Shown here one piece after another: positions 24,963 through 37,129 of a DNA stretch of 45,435 bases (within the stretch, counting starts at the first letter, position 1; the number at the start of each line of letters is the position of its first letter). The translations under genes were made by a program, and so were the position numbers. The DNA is taken from contig NC_068983.1 in assembly GCF_001194135.2 (NCBI RefSeq), positions 156,136,869 to 156,182,303 on the forward strand, in the 5' to 3' direction. This stretch comes from Octopus bimaculoides (taxonomy: Eukaryota). The notes under the pieces were generated by a model. That model saw nothing but the letters and a program-made list of their open reading frames with translations, was not told the DNA's origin and did no database searches.

Positions 24963-26215
24963 TGTAACTCATCTTTTTTGAGAAATGTAAAAATTCTACT
25001 GAATATTGAAAAGATTTTCTCAAATGGAAAATTGTAAAAGCGTCATCATCAATCCGTCGATTGTTTAATTTTGTTAGTCTACGATGAATATACCAACCTC
25101 ATTCATAATCGATAATCTCCCTCCAGGATTTACAGTCTGTTACAAAGTTATCTCTATTAATGGAATATCTTTTCTGATTTTCTTAACTATACATTGTTAA
25201 CCAGGATCTCCTGAGGGAACACTGACTTGATATTCACCTGGACTTTCTACATCCCCTTTCCCTGAATTCGCGTGTGTGTGAGCACGTGTATATATGTATA
25301 TCAAAAGCAAGATGCGCTGCTGCAGTGAACATTAACGATCGCACATACTCAATAGTGTGTATGTGTTTTATTTATTCGCCTGATTCGCTGTGGTGTCACG
25401 CTTGGGGGAACAACTTCCTCATAATGCTGGTTGTTAACACACCACGACTTTCAGTGTTATGAGACAGTCATCCCGCGAGCGTTATGCCGCAGCGAATCCG
25501 GTGAACAAGCAATGCACACATTGAGTATGTGCGATATATATATATATATTTATATATATGTATGTATTTATGTACGTATGTGTGTATGTAAGAATGTATG
25601 TATGCATGTATGCATGTAGGTGTGTATTATTTTGAAGTGAGGCCACAGGGATAAGGTATAGATATTTAAATATGTGTGTTGAATACATGCATTTCCAACA
25701 TAAAATTTTATTTCTCAGCATATTTATCATGACATATTTATCGTGACATATCTTTTACTATGACAAAATCAAGAAAGCGAAGACACAAAAACAGCAAATA
25801 TCAGTTATATCGAAAATTACAGGCATTTTATACATATACCGATACGTGCAGACGTATACATACACCGATACATACACACGATACATACACACAATACATA
25901 CACATATACCGATACATACACACGTGTATGCATGTATGTATGTATAACTATATATGTATATATAATATGATAAAGAAGGAACTAATGGAGATCATGGCTT
26001 TTGATCATTTCTCTCTTTGTCAAATCTTCTACACACACACAAAAAAAGACATCGTTCCTTCCATCACTTAACCCAGTTGATATACTCAGATTGTGGCAAC
26101 AACTTTTCAGTTACTAACTGTTTTCTTTTTTTTTTTTCTAATATAGGGAAACCTAAAGGGAACGAATCAATGCGTGTGTGTTTGTGGGTGTGCGTAGTGA
26201 GAGAGATGCAGTGTT

Positions 26216-26219
26216 AGAC

Positions 26220-26266
<47 letters not shown>
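26216..26266. repeat. (TAGA)n microsatellite
   Basis: Directly visible. Confidence 0.95.
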
Positions 26267-26403
26267 CGTATAAATATACGTTATATATACATTTTATGTA
26301 TATTCATATCTGTCTCTATCCCATACACTCTCTCTCCGTCTCTTTTTGTGTCTATCTATCAATGCATCTTTATGTATGTATGTATATATGTATGTATGTA
26401 TGC

Positions 26404-26459
<56 letters not shown>

Positions 26460-28095
26460 ATATACACACACATACATACACTCATAGATGCATACATACA
26501 CATACGCATGAATCTACATATATGTTGTGTATGCGTATATGTAAGAATATAAATGTATTGAATATAAAGCTGTAATAAAATTGGTGTTAAATCATTGTTT
26601 ATATTTTTTCAAACTAAGGTAAATTTAAAGGAAAACGGAAAACATATTTTGGGTTTTAAATCCTTATAGATCAGTATATATGCTGCAAGTTTTAATGCAT
26701 ACATAGCCAAAATCACGCACGCTGTCACACTTAGACACCCACACACAACCAATACACAGTTGTAATTGCACGTCTCTCTGCATTTGTAAATATGCTTTGT
26801 GTGAATTCATGTTCTTTCCTGAAACGCACTTGTTCCATTATCGGTTGCCTTTCCCTTTCCAATACTTGCGTGTGTATATACGCGCGCGTTCCGACTGCTA
26901 TCGCTAGTGTCACTTTCACTTACACCTTGTGAAACCCTTTACAAAAGCTACCTCCATTTGGGAGAAAAATTATAACTTACGTTTCACTTTATCTTTTTTA
27001 TGTCAATTTAAAAAACTTAAAAATCATATGTGAGTATTATTTATGTAACCAGTTCTCATATAATGTATTTTATACATTCATTTACTGTAAAAATTTATTG
27101 TCATATATGAAGCAAGAATTTTAAAATACATTATGGGAAAATATCTAACCTTTAACGCTTTATACAGCTATGATACGTTTTATACATGATTTGAATATTA
27201 CTGATGTTGTAGTAGATAAAAATATGCCATATCCCTCCATTTTTATCGAAATATGATAGTTTCTTCCAATAATATGTATTTATTGAATTTGCTTTAATAG
27301 ACTTCATATTTCTGCACCACCAGGTCGTTGAGACATCTCTCAAGACTTTCCTTACATTTTATACAAGATTATCGTGGAATATACGTGAGCTAATTCAAAG
27401 GTGATTTCATATTACCTACCATGGAGTTTTCCTTTGTTCAACAAAGTATTATCTTGACGGCGAGAGTACACAAAGGAAAATGAGCCAGAACAAATATAGC
27501 TTTGCTATATTTGTTCATTGAAAAAAAATTAGATCATTGAAAAAATGCAATGATCTAAAATTTCTATCATTAATTTCTCTGATGGGATGTTATGTTTAAC
27601 GATTCCGGAGGAATGAAGATCGAGACTTGAACTTATAATGCAAATATTCTCAATAAATTCTGCAAGTAAATTTCCTTGTTGCTTGCACTATTCTGCCTTC
27701 TAGCTTCTGGTTTAGGGAAACCAGTGCCCATAAATTTTTGAAAGAAATATAGAAATAGTCGGGGAGATTCAAAGGTAAATTCAGCTCTTGAGATCTAACC
27801 CTAATATCAGCACTTAACATACTAGCTGGCGCTTTTAAACCCAGCAATGAACAGCCACTCGCTTAGGTAGGCCATGTTAATATTTAAAATCCGAATAAAT
27901 GCCGCATGACATTCAGTCCAATCCATTTTTACCCATTAATATTCTATTGATGTCTCGTGTATAGGGTAGCAGTTTTATGCGCCATATCAATGTCAATATA
28001 TATCAATATTAGTATATATGCGTGTGCACGTGTTTGTATGTATATATGTATGTATGTATATACATACATACACATGTGCATGCTTACATACATGC

Positions 28096-28166
<71 letters not shown>

Positions 28167-28369
28167 NNNNNNNNNNNNNNNNNNNNNNNNNNNNNNNNNN
28201 NNNNNNNNNNNNNNNNNNNNNNNNNNNNNNNNNNNNNNNNNNNNNNNNNNNNNNNNNNNNNNNNNNNNNNNNNNNNNNNNNNNNNNNNNNNNNNNNNNNN
28301 NNNNNNNNNNNNNNNNNNNNNNNNNNNNNNNNNNNNNNNNNNNNNNNNNNNNNNNNNNNNNNNNNNNNN

Positions 28370-28405
<36 letters not shown>

Positions 28406-29170
28406 GCATGTATTTATTTATACATATATACACATATGTATGTGCGTGTAGATGTTTGTATCCCTGCGTATATATGTACATGCTTGTGTGTTCTCTGTGT
28501 ATGTGTGTGTGTGTGTGTGTGCCTGTGTCTTACGCTTATGTCTAGTCTATTAGGCTATGTTCCTTTCTTTATTAAAATTTCTACTTCCTTTTCACATTAT
28601 GATCTAAAATAATTTATAATCCCTAATAACCTTATTTCCTTTCATTTCCACGGCTTTTATGGACTGCTAACTTTCTGCTATAACATTTCAACCAACTGAA
28701 CTATCATTGATCATAAGCGTGACCAGTGATATGTACGTATAATATACAACGTTCCCAAAACTTGTAAGTAAATTACTCGTACAGGAAAGCATGTGTAAGG
28801 TTAGTTTCAGGTAATAATTATTTAATTTCCACTCAGACACGTGTAAATATGTCATAAATACATAATTAACTACTATAATCCCCTTTTTATAATTCTAGTA
28901 TGTAATAACGCTAATCTGTGCCCCACGTACCAATTTGGAAACCTAGCGGGACATCTGGTGATCGAAGCTAACGGCGATATGTCGTGGATTTTAGACAGTA
29001 CACTATAAATATAATATATGTATATTTACGTGTATATGTGGGTAAATGTATGTATCGTGAGCAAATACCGTGAGGTATTTTAGTTCGGAATCACTGGTTT
29101 ACATATGAATCAGCGAAAGATGCACCCGCGCACCCACAAAGCAGGAGAACATATTCTTTATACTCTACAG

Positions 29171-29293
29171 TTTTCACGAACTGAGGCGATACTGAAGCAA
29201 GTTTCCAAGAGTGAATTGATCAAAATCACTACTACTACCTTCATCGGTTTGGTATTTCTTTTATCGTCTCTAATTTTCAAAATGCTAAATAAG
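29171..29293 (+). CDS. Candidate internal exon with one hydrophobic helix (FSRTEAILKQ...FIGLVFLLSSLIFKMLNK)
   Basis: Acceptor attctttatactctacag, 41 open codons, AAG|gtacag donor, phase 0-0. No homology recognised. Confidence 0.2.
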
Positions 29294-29365
29294 GTACAGA
29301 AACAACAACGCAAAAATGCATACACATACCCACAAACAAGCAAACACAAGTGCACACACCTATCA

Positions 29366-29371
<6 letters not shown>

Positions 29372-29427
<56 letters not shown>
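29372..29427. repeat. (AC)n microsatellite
   Basis: Directly visible. Confidence 0.95.
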
Positions 29428-29429
<2 letters not shown>

Positions 29430-31235
29430 TACACGCGCACCCACATATATAACGCTGGTATAATTGTAAATAAACATTAATTCATGCTCACACACATAAA
29501 ATCGCGTATAAACGCACGAAGGCAAAAATACACTCGCACATACGCAAAAGCATATACGCAAACACACAAAAACACAAACACATGCGCGCGCATCTATATA
29601 TGTCTGTGTTTATATATATATATATATACATATATGTAATGGAATGACAAGAGAACATGAATTACGTAATCAACTTCATTATCTTCCAGCTGTTTCTAGG
29701 ATAAGAAGCAGTGCAATCTCTCCCAAATAAAGATACACTTCAATTTAAAGGCATTGTGGAAGCTATAATGTCGTGCATATGTATCTTGTGTGCAATGTCG
29801 ATGAAAACTGGTAGCAAGTGTAGCACATATCACGGCTCACGTTTTCGGAAGCCACAGATTTAATGTTGTGTTGATATAGTATTATATTGCTTTCAATTTA
29901 GTATGAATATCTGAAATAAAATGAACTTTAAATTGTATACTTTCAACCTACCAATTCCGATTCAGTAATTCTTCACTTGCACTGTTACAGTATATTTTTG
30001 TAATGTGGCCCTTAAAGTTGATTGATCCAATACTTGAAATAATTCCAAGACTTACTCCACTGAGAATGAAACAAATTACATCAAACGACATTTTTTCTTC
30101 AAATGACTATTAACAAACATGGCATTTTACTTCTCATACAAGTGAGCACAATTAATATTTTTCTCAAGAATGAGATCGGCTGAAGGAATCATATTTTTGC
30201 TAATGTATCATAAATACCCTATTACTAAGCATCTAAACTATATTAAATTGGAATTTTTAATGAAGTTAGAAACATTTTATTGTGTTCTATATCTTTAAGC
30301 ATATGTATAGCAGAAATAAGTTTAAATTAATATACTCACATTCTCTACGTCAGACCACAAAAAGAAATATACATTTTATAAGAGCTGCATTTCAAAAGAG
30401 AATATTCAATTTGTGCATATTAGATTCCTAAGGAACAATGCAATATATGAACGAATTCACAGCTTTTAAGTTTTGCGTTTCAGATTTCATTTAAAATAAG
30501 GATGCTCTCATTCAAATTTAACCCATAATTTATTGCGTTTAAGCCGTCATCTTCAAGGGTTAACTTTCTAAATGCTTGAACCACGTTTACTAGTAAATAA
30601 ATAATAGGCATTAGGAAACATTATTACATAGTGGAAATCTGGTATTCTTTTCGATCTTCACTTCTTTCTGGCCTAGCAGATTTATATACATTGGTTACTC
30701 AAATATGCAGTTTGAACCATTAGAATTATTCGATTTATTTTTCTATGGAATACACATCCAGTTAACTAATGGAAACAGTTGTCATTCTTCTACGGCTGAT
30801 AGCTCTTCTATATATACTGGTCATTCAAATATTCTGTTGGATCAGTTTATTGATTACAATTCGATAAAATATTTTGTTCTTTTCTTTTTAAAATTTAGGC
30901 TTCCGTTTAACATATGTACGTATGCTTCAAGTGCTGCACCAATTTTATCTACTTTTGGTAGTGTGAAGGACATTAAGTTCCTACAGCGATTTTATTGAAT
31001 GTAAGGAATCGATGCTGCAACGTGCATCCCTAACAAATTGTCACCCCTGTACGTCACGTGATTAGAAGGCAACGCGTTTTATTTATTGTTTTTTTTTTGT
31101 AACTATTAACAGAAACAACGAAGTACTTGCAAATGCCTCTTTTATAGGGTTATTCATTAGTGTGACAGAAATTATCTTTCAATGACCGCAAGTTAATATA
31201 TGTGTGTGTACGCATGCATTTATATTTATGCATGG

Positions 31236-31276
<41 letters not shown>

Positions 31277-31493
31277 TNNNNNNNNNNNNNNNNNNNNNNN
31301 NNNNNNNNNNNNNNNNNNNNNNNNNNNNNNNNNNNNNNNNNNNNNNNNNNNNNNNTGTGTGTGTGTGTGTGTGTGTGTATGTGTGTGTGTGTGTATGTAT
31401 TAATACACACACACAAATACACACACATGAGACGCTATAAATAATTGCGCTTAGATATTGGGTTAAATGACTGTATGAATAGAAAATTTCAAA

Positions 31494-31565
31494 GGCCGCC
31501 GTGGGACAAGAACCTACATCTCCTGTAAAAATGACAGGCGTTCTATCATTGGACTAAAGCAATCC
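31494..31565 (-). pseudogene. Decayed tRNA-like sequence, copy 1
   Basis: 72 nt; anticodon arm CCTGT-CATTTTT-ACAGG, T-arm GTAGG-TTCTTGT-CCCAC, 3' end GGCGGCC. The acceptor stem is broken. Confidence 0.6.
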
Positions 31566-31715
31566 TTCTAGTTTCTCTCATCGTTTTAAAAACGTTATTC
31601 TTACAAGCAAGAATTGTTTGTTAATGTCAACAGAAGAAAGTCTAAACTTTGAGATAGCATAAAAATAATTTTTTCTTGGAACATTGATTCTTGAAGCAGA
31701 TAAGCTATAAATAAT

Positions 31716-31931
31716 CCTTCTCTACTAAAAGCAGAAGGCCTGAACTTTTGGGGGAAGGAACTAGTCCATTACATCGATTCCAGTGTTTCACTGGTACTTA
31801 ACTTGTCGACCCCAAAAGAATGAAAGGCAAAGTCAACCTCGATGGGATTTGAACTCAAAATGTAAAGCCAGACGAAATGCTGCGAAGTATTTTGCCCGGC
31901 GTGCTAACGATTCTGTCTGCTCGCCGCGTGC
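31716..31931 (-). mobile_element. Full-length SINE family 1 monomer (tail type A) with 17-bp TSD
   Basis: gataagctataaataat occurs at 31699-31715 and 31932-31948. Head, B-box and body match the other copies. Confidence 0.92.
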
Positions 31932-31991
31932 GATAAGCTATAAATAATAGCGTGTAATTAGGTTAAAAAACTTTGGATAGGTAAAATCGAA

Positions 31992-32058
31992 GGCCGCTTG
32001 TGGGACTCCGACCCACTTCTATATACATGACAGGCATTTTACCATTCCACCAGAGTAT
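31992..32058 (-). pseudogene. Decayed tRNA-like sequence, copy 2 (TGT at the anticodon position, Thr-like)
   Basis: gcctgtCATGTATataga, T-arm GTGGG-TCGGAGT-CCCAC, 3' end GCGGCC. Homologous to copy 1. Confidence 0.55.
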
Positions 32059-33134
32059 GTACGTATACAAGCGGGCATGTAAGCGTTCAGTATGGAAGAA
32101 TAAATGAAAAGGAGAGGTTGTGCGAAAGAAAGAGAGAGCTTAAGGTTATGTGAACAGATTTCCTATAGAAATTATAGCCAGCACTAATTTTGTTACGAGT
32201 TTCGTATCCGACATTGTAACAAAATCGGTGGTGGCTATAATTTCTATAGAAAATCTGTAGACATAACCGTAACAAATGATGTAATAGCACTGCTAACACA
32301 GTAGAACACAGTACTGGATTATAAAAACGTTTATTATACTTTGTTCTATATTGTGGTTGCATAACGAATAACGGTATCGATACAGGTCATTAACATGAAG
32401 AGAGAGCATACAAAATTATTAGCCAATGAAGAAGTACATTTTTAGAAATGCCAAAAACCTAATCATTTTAATTCGAATGCTTACTTCCGGAGAGCCCTAG
32501 CACTTCTTCGTCCGGGTCTAAATTGGTACAGAATAATACATCTATAAACTCATTTTAGCATATTTAGGCTGTAACAGAGAGGATTTTCATTCAGACTGAG
32601 ACTATATTCCTGAAAAATTTCACCGATGCAAACAGAAAGAAAACTGTAGATATGAAAGAAAGTTCATAGAAAAGCAATGATAATGATAAACCGCAAAACA
32701 ATTAAATTAGATATTTCTCAATCGTCTTCAGTTAACCCCGGAGTGGAATGTAATGTGTCGTCTGAGGGAGACTAATTTACTTCTGATCTGAGCTATATTA
32801 TTACTTTAGTTCTTTCATCTGTTGATTTGATGTGCACGTGTATATATAAATATACACACGAGTGTGTGTGCATGTACATAAATATTTATATATAGATATG
32901 TATATACATACTTACGTATGTGCGTGCGTACATGCGTGAGTGTGTATGTCTGTATGTGTGTGAGTGTGTGTGTCTGATTTTTTAATGTTATTTGATTAGA
33001 CTGGTTTTTTTGTGTATGTACCACTATATTTGTATGTATCTACTATACACCGTCATATAATTATACACACATAAACACATATGCATATGTATACACACTT
33101 TCTCACACACACACACACATATATATATATATGC

Positions 33135-33174
<40 letters not shown>

Positions 33175-33257
33175 TGTACATTTATAAATAATTTATTTAT
33201 GTATATATACATGTGTATATGTGAGTATCTGTGTGCATGCATTCACGTACACATCAG

Positions 33258-33360
33258 GTGTGAGCGTGTGCGTTCGCGCTTGTGTGCGTGCGTGCGCGCG
33301 TGTGTGCGCGCGTGTGTGCGTGCGTGTGTGTGCGCGCGCGTGTGTCTGTCTGTGCGTGTA
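33258..33360. repeat. CpG-rich alternating purine-pyrimidine (GT/GC)n tract, Z-DNA-forming potential
   Basis: gtgtgcgtgcgtgcgcgcgtgtgtgcgcgcg... is directly visible. Confidence 0.85.
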
Positions 33361-33407
33361 GTCACGCATGCATCTGCATTTATTTTCTCTCATACTCTAT
33401 ATTGCAG

Positions 33408-33427
33408 AAAGCTACTTTGTGACGATG
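33408..33427 (+). other. Candidate 20-nt microexon (AAAGCTACTTTGTGACGATG)
   Basis: Strong acceptor tttattttctctcatactctatattgcag and near-consensus donor ATG|gtgagt. Confidence 0.3.
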
Positions 33428-34661
33428 GTGAGTAGGCAGTATCATTAGAACGTCGGAGAGAATAACTTGTATTTCTTCCGATTCTCTGCTTTCGGATTTC
33501 AAATTATAATGTTGCTTTAATTCTTTGAAGATCGATAAAAAAGTATTATTCCAAGAATGAAGTTTTTTCTCCTTTTTCTTCTTCCAAGAAATCAGCTGCA
33601 ACTTCACAGTTCTGAAATACTAAACATACACCGTATGGCGGATTACTAAATTACTGCGTAATTGCTTGTGGAATTTTCGGACAGGTTGGCATCTGAGTTC
33701 CTGACACGTGACTTTTAACGAAAAACTGAGGTAGCATTTTGTAACTGCAATGTTTCTGCCACGTAATTAGGGAGAAGTATAAAACGAAACGAGAGAATAG
33801 TGTCACAGTCAGTCAGGAGACTGATCCTTTAAACACGGCCGATAACTTCGATATAGTGTCATAAGCAGTGACAAAATGAGAACGTAGGTGTAAGGTGTCC
33901 AGGAGTATCGTAACCTCGATTAAAAACCTAACGCATCAGAGTGGTATTGGTAATTCTCTTTGATTGAAAAGGGTGTTGTCTATCATGTGTACTTTCCATG
34001 TGATAAAAATCCAGTTCTGCTAAGATGTCTTGCGGCCTTTAAAAAGTGAAAGACAGGTATAGTTAGCAATGGATAAGCAACACCTGGATGCCCTACCAAG
34101 ACAAAGCAACTTACTCAAGCGTCAATGCTTCAGTGTGTCTCTTGGCACTCGTTATCAAACGGATCTTTTCTCCGGATTTGGCCACATTTGATATTGATAT
34201 TGCCAACATTGCGGGATTCTTTTCCTCGAATATAGATATCGATCATCAAAGGATGCTGATCTCAGATTATGCAACTAATCATGCAGAATTTATTATAGCT
34301 GCTCTACCCTAAGCGAGGAAATACATTCTAGTATATATTATTTTTCTCTTTCTTTCTCTCTCTCTCTTCCTTGCTTCTCCCCCCCCTCTCTCTCTCTCAC
34401 ACATACACACACACAAGCACACACACATGAAAGGTGTAAGCAAGAAGATCTCGAATCTATCATCTAGCCAAGCTATCTTTGACGCCTCTGCCCCCTACTG
34501 CAATGAGGCACTGGTATCGTGTGGGTTTAAGGATCGCATCTCTAACATGTCAGGCCCTACCAGGAAAAGAAAGCGCCGCAGAAACGTCGTTTGGTTGTCT
34601 CTACCCTTCTCATTCAACGTCAACACTTGTGTAGGAAGGATTTTCCTTACATTAATACACA

Positions 34662-34735
34662 AATCTCTCTCTCTCTCTATCTCTCTCTCTCTCACTCTCT
34701 CTCTCACTCACACACACACACACACACACACATAC
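34662..34735. repeat. (CT)n(CA)n microsatellite expanded inside the PLE ORF
   Basis: It lies between LTLIHK and LFNRHNLRV, which are close neighbours in PLE ORFs. Confidence 0.9.
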
Positions 34736-35298
34736 ATAGAGATAGGCATTTGTTTAACAGGCACAACCTAAGAGTCTCCTTTAGTTGTGCACCTAACATA
34801 GAAATATTTTAACAAGTACCTACAATACAAGGGAGGAGGCAAGTTGTTCTTTCAGGGTATATAATAACTGTCCAGTAAGAAACTGATGCGAGACTGAAGG
34901 AGTCATCTATGAAGCTACGTTGACACCTAGACCTGCCATCTGCATTACTAGCAATGAACCATCCAACAGCAATATTAGCAGATTAACCAGATCTCACGCC
35001 AGTACAAACGCTACAGCCAGAGATGATGGCTAGTCCAGGGTCAGCGTCACAGAGGACGTATCCGAAGACCCCCCCCCCCCCAGTACCACCGCCACAGATG
35101 ATGAACAAAGCAATTTCATAGACACAGATAGTGTGCCAGCCCCGCTCCATATGTTACTACAAGTACAATCGCCACACCTAGAGATTATGACCAATCCAAG
35201 ACCAGCGACACAGAGGAGGTATTCGGCGTTCTCAGTACCACCACCACCACCACCACAGATGATGACCAAACAATTATCATCAACACCGATGGAATGAC

Positions 35299-35716
35299 GG
35301 TCCAGATGGACTATGTGTAATCTGAACCTCCCCGCCCCCCTTATTTATTAATTTTTTTTTTACTGAATCCCACGTTTTAGGCTATGGAGATTCCGATTCT
35401 GAAAAAAAAATTTTCAAAAATCTCAATTACAAAATTTCGATCCCCCACCCCCGGTTTTTATATAGATCCACAGGGTAAACCTAACCCTAACTCAAACCCT
35501 AACCCTAACCCTAACCCTAACACTAGTTTTGTGAGATTTGGCTGCTATTTCTAGCATATAAATAGCCTGCTTGGTGGGGGTGGGGGTTGAACTTTTTCAA
35601 ACAATTTTTTTTCAGAATCGGAATCTCCATAGCGTAAAACGTGGGATTCCGTAAAAAAAAATTAATAAATAAGGGGGGGGGGAAATGTTCAGGTTACATA
35701 TAGTCCGTCTCTACTA
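35299..35716. mobile_element. MITE with ~110-bp TIRs, internal (CCCTAA)n and 7-bp TSD GAATGAC
   Basis: 35304-35410 is the reverse complement of 35605-35710. cctaaccctaactcaaaccctaaccctaaccctaaccctaac lies at ~35480-35521. gaatgac occurs at 35292-35298 and 35717-35723. Confidence 0.85.
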
Positions 35717-36404
35717 GAATGACTAGATCCGCACCATATGTCAATACCAGCCGCACACGCACTAATGCCAGCAGCTACATCCCCAACCATATGATCAGTA
35801 GTGATAAACACGGCAATAACACCGCCGGATCATTACGCCTTTTCGACTGTGTCAGCAATGGTGTTACCAGCAGCCTCCCCAGGACCGGAGCCTATCAGAG
35901 ATATAAAGGAGTACGAATACAACCACATCCCAAGCTTGTAAATATATCGGATCACTAGTACATCTTTCAAACGTCGCTTCCGCAACCACCAGCCATATTT
36001 CAGAGTCCCAGAAAGACGGTTTGTCACGTCCCTGGTCTGCCGTGTGTGGCACCTCAAGTATCAAGGGACCCCATGAGAAATCAGGTGGAAAATAATAGAT
36101 CATCCGTCGCAAAATCTGCATAGCGGAGAGGGCCAAAATTCTTAAGGACTATAATATAACTTGGCGCGTTAAATAGTCGTAAAGAAGTTTTTTTCTAAAT
36201 GTGTCTACTTGAAGCGCTACCTACTGGAAAATTAAATCTTCCCGTTTGCTGGTTAGGCTTTTACGGGCCTGTAAGGACTTATCCTCTGGTTGAGGGGAGA
36301 CAACCCAGCCTCATTAACGTTTTTATATATTAAGACTTAAAACTCGATTTCTGAGCGTTTCCTCACGTATTCGACGTAGAAAGTTTTATGTTTCTTTTGT
36401 CTTT

Positions 36405-36485
36405 GTATAGATCCTGAGGAGCCGTCCACAAGGCTTTGGCTGTGTGGATACGAAATCTTTGGTAACTTTATGACCAAGATTTAAG
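36405..36485 (+). ncRNA. Hammerhead-ribozyme-like motif (type I, decayed) in the PLE 3' region
   Basis: CTGAGGA (36414-36420), G, stem II GTCCACA/TGTGGAT, C, GAAA (36452-36455), stem III TCTT(T)GGT/ACCAAGA, then TT. Stem I is not convincingly paired. Confidence 0.5.
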
Positions 36486-37129
36486 TTTTTGTAATAATTA
36501 CAGCTCTACTCTTTAGAGTGTGCTTCTTTTGTGATATATGTTTTATNNNNNNNNNNNNNNNNNNNNNNNNNNNNNNNNNNNNNNNNNNNNNNNNNNNNNN
36601 NNNNNNNNNNNNNNNNNNNNNNNNNNNNNNNNNNNNNNNNNNNNNNNNNNNNNNNNNNNNNNNNNNNNNNNNNNNNNNNNNNNNNNNNNNNNNNNNNNNN
36701 NNNNNNNNNNNNNNNNNNNNNNNNNNNNNNNNNNNNNNNNNNNNNNNNNNNNNNNNNNNNNNNNNNNNNNNNNNNNNNNNNNNNNNNNNNNNNNNNNNNN
36801 NNNNNNNNNNNNNNNNNNNNNNNNNNNNNNNNNNNNNNNNNNNNNNNNNNNNNNNNNNNNNNNNNNNNNNNNNNNNNNNNNNNNNNNNNNNNNNNNNNNN
36901 NNNNNNNNNNNNNNNNNNNNNNNNNNNNNNNNNNNNNNNNNNNNNNNNNNNNNNNNNNNNNNNNNNNNNNNNNNNNNNNNNNNNNNNNNNNNNNNNNNNN
37001 NNNNNNNNNNNNNNNNNNNNNNNNNNNNNNNNNNNNNNNNNNNNNNNNNNNNNNNNNNNNNNNNNNNNNNNNNNNNNNNNNNNNNNNNNNNNNNNNNNNN
37101 NNNNNNNNNNNNNNNNNNNNNNNNNNNAT

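Larger units (their letters stand above)
34430..36520 (+). mobile_element. Penelope-like element 3' part (RT thumb/linker, GIY-YIG endonuclease, 3' region), interrupted by a microsatellite and a MITE
   Basis: KKISNLSSSQAIFDASAPYCNEALVSCGF..RKRKRRRNVVWLSLPFSFNVNTCVGRIFLTLI; FNRHNLRVSFSCAPNI (~34750); NNCPVRN*CETEGVIYEATLT (VIY 34902-34910); KYIGS/TSTSFKRRFRNH (YIG 35943-35951); VWHLK..EIRWKII; KICIAERAKIL; LNSRKEVFSKC. Confidence 0.85.

Noticed and set aside
25190-25240. Minus-strand gtcagtgttccctcaggagatcctgg resembling the LINE SGVPQGSILG motif
   Set aside because: An isolated match with no flanking RT motifs at the expected spacing.
30899-31000. Good acceptor and gtaagg donor around 102 nt
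   Set aside because: Stops in all three frames and no other support.
34088-34312. FSPDLATFD resembling the mariner YSPDLAPxD motif
   Set aside because: Neither the preceding DNA..H / HPP nor the following LF..LK context is present.
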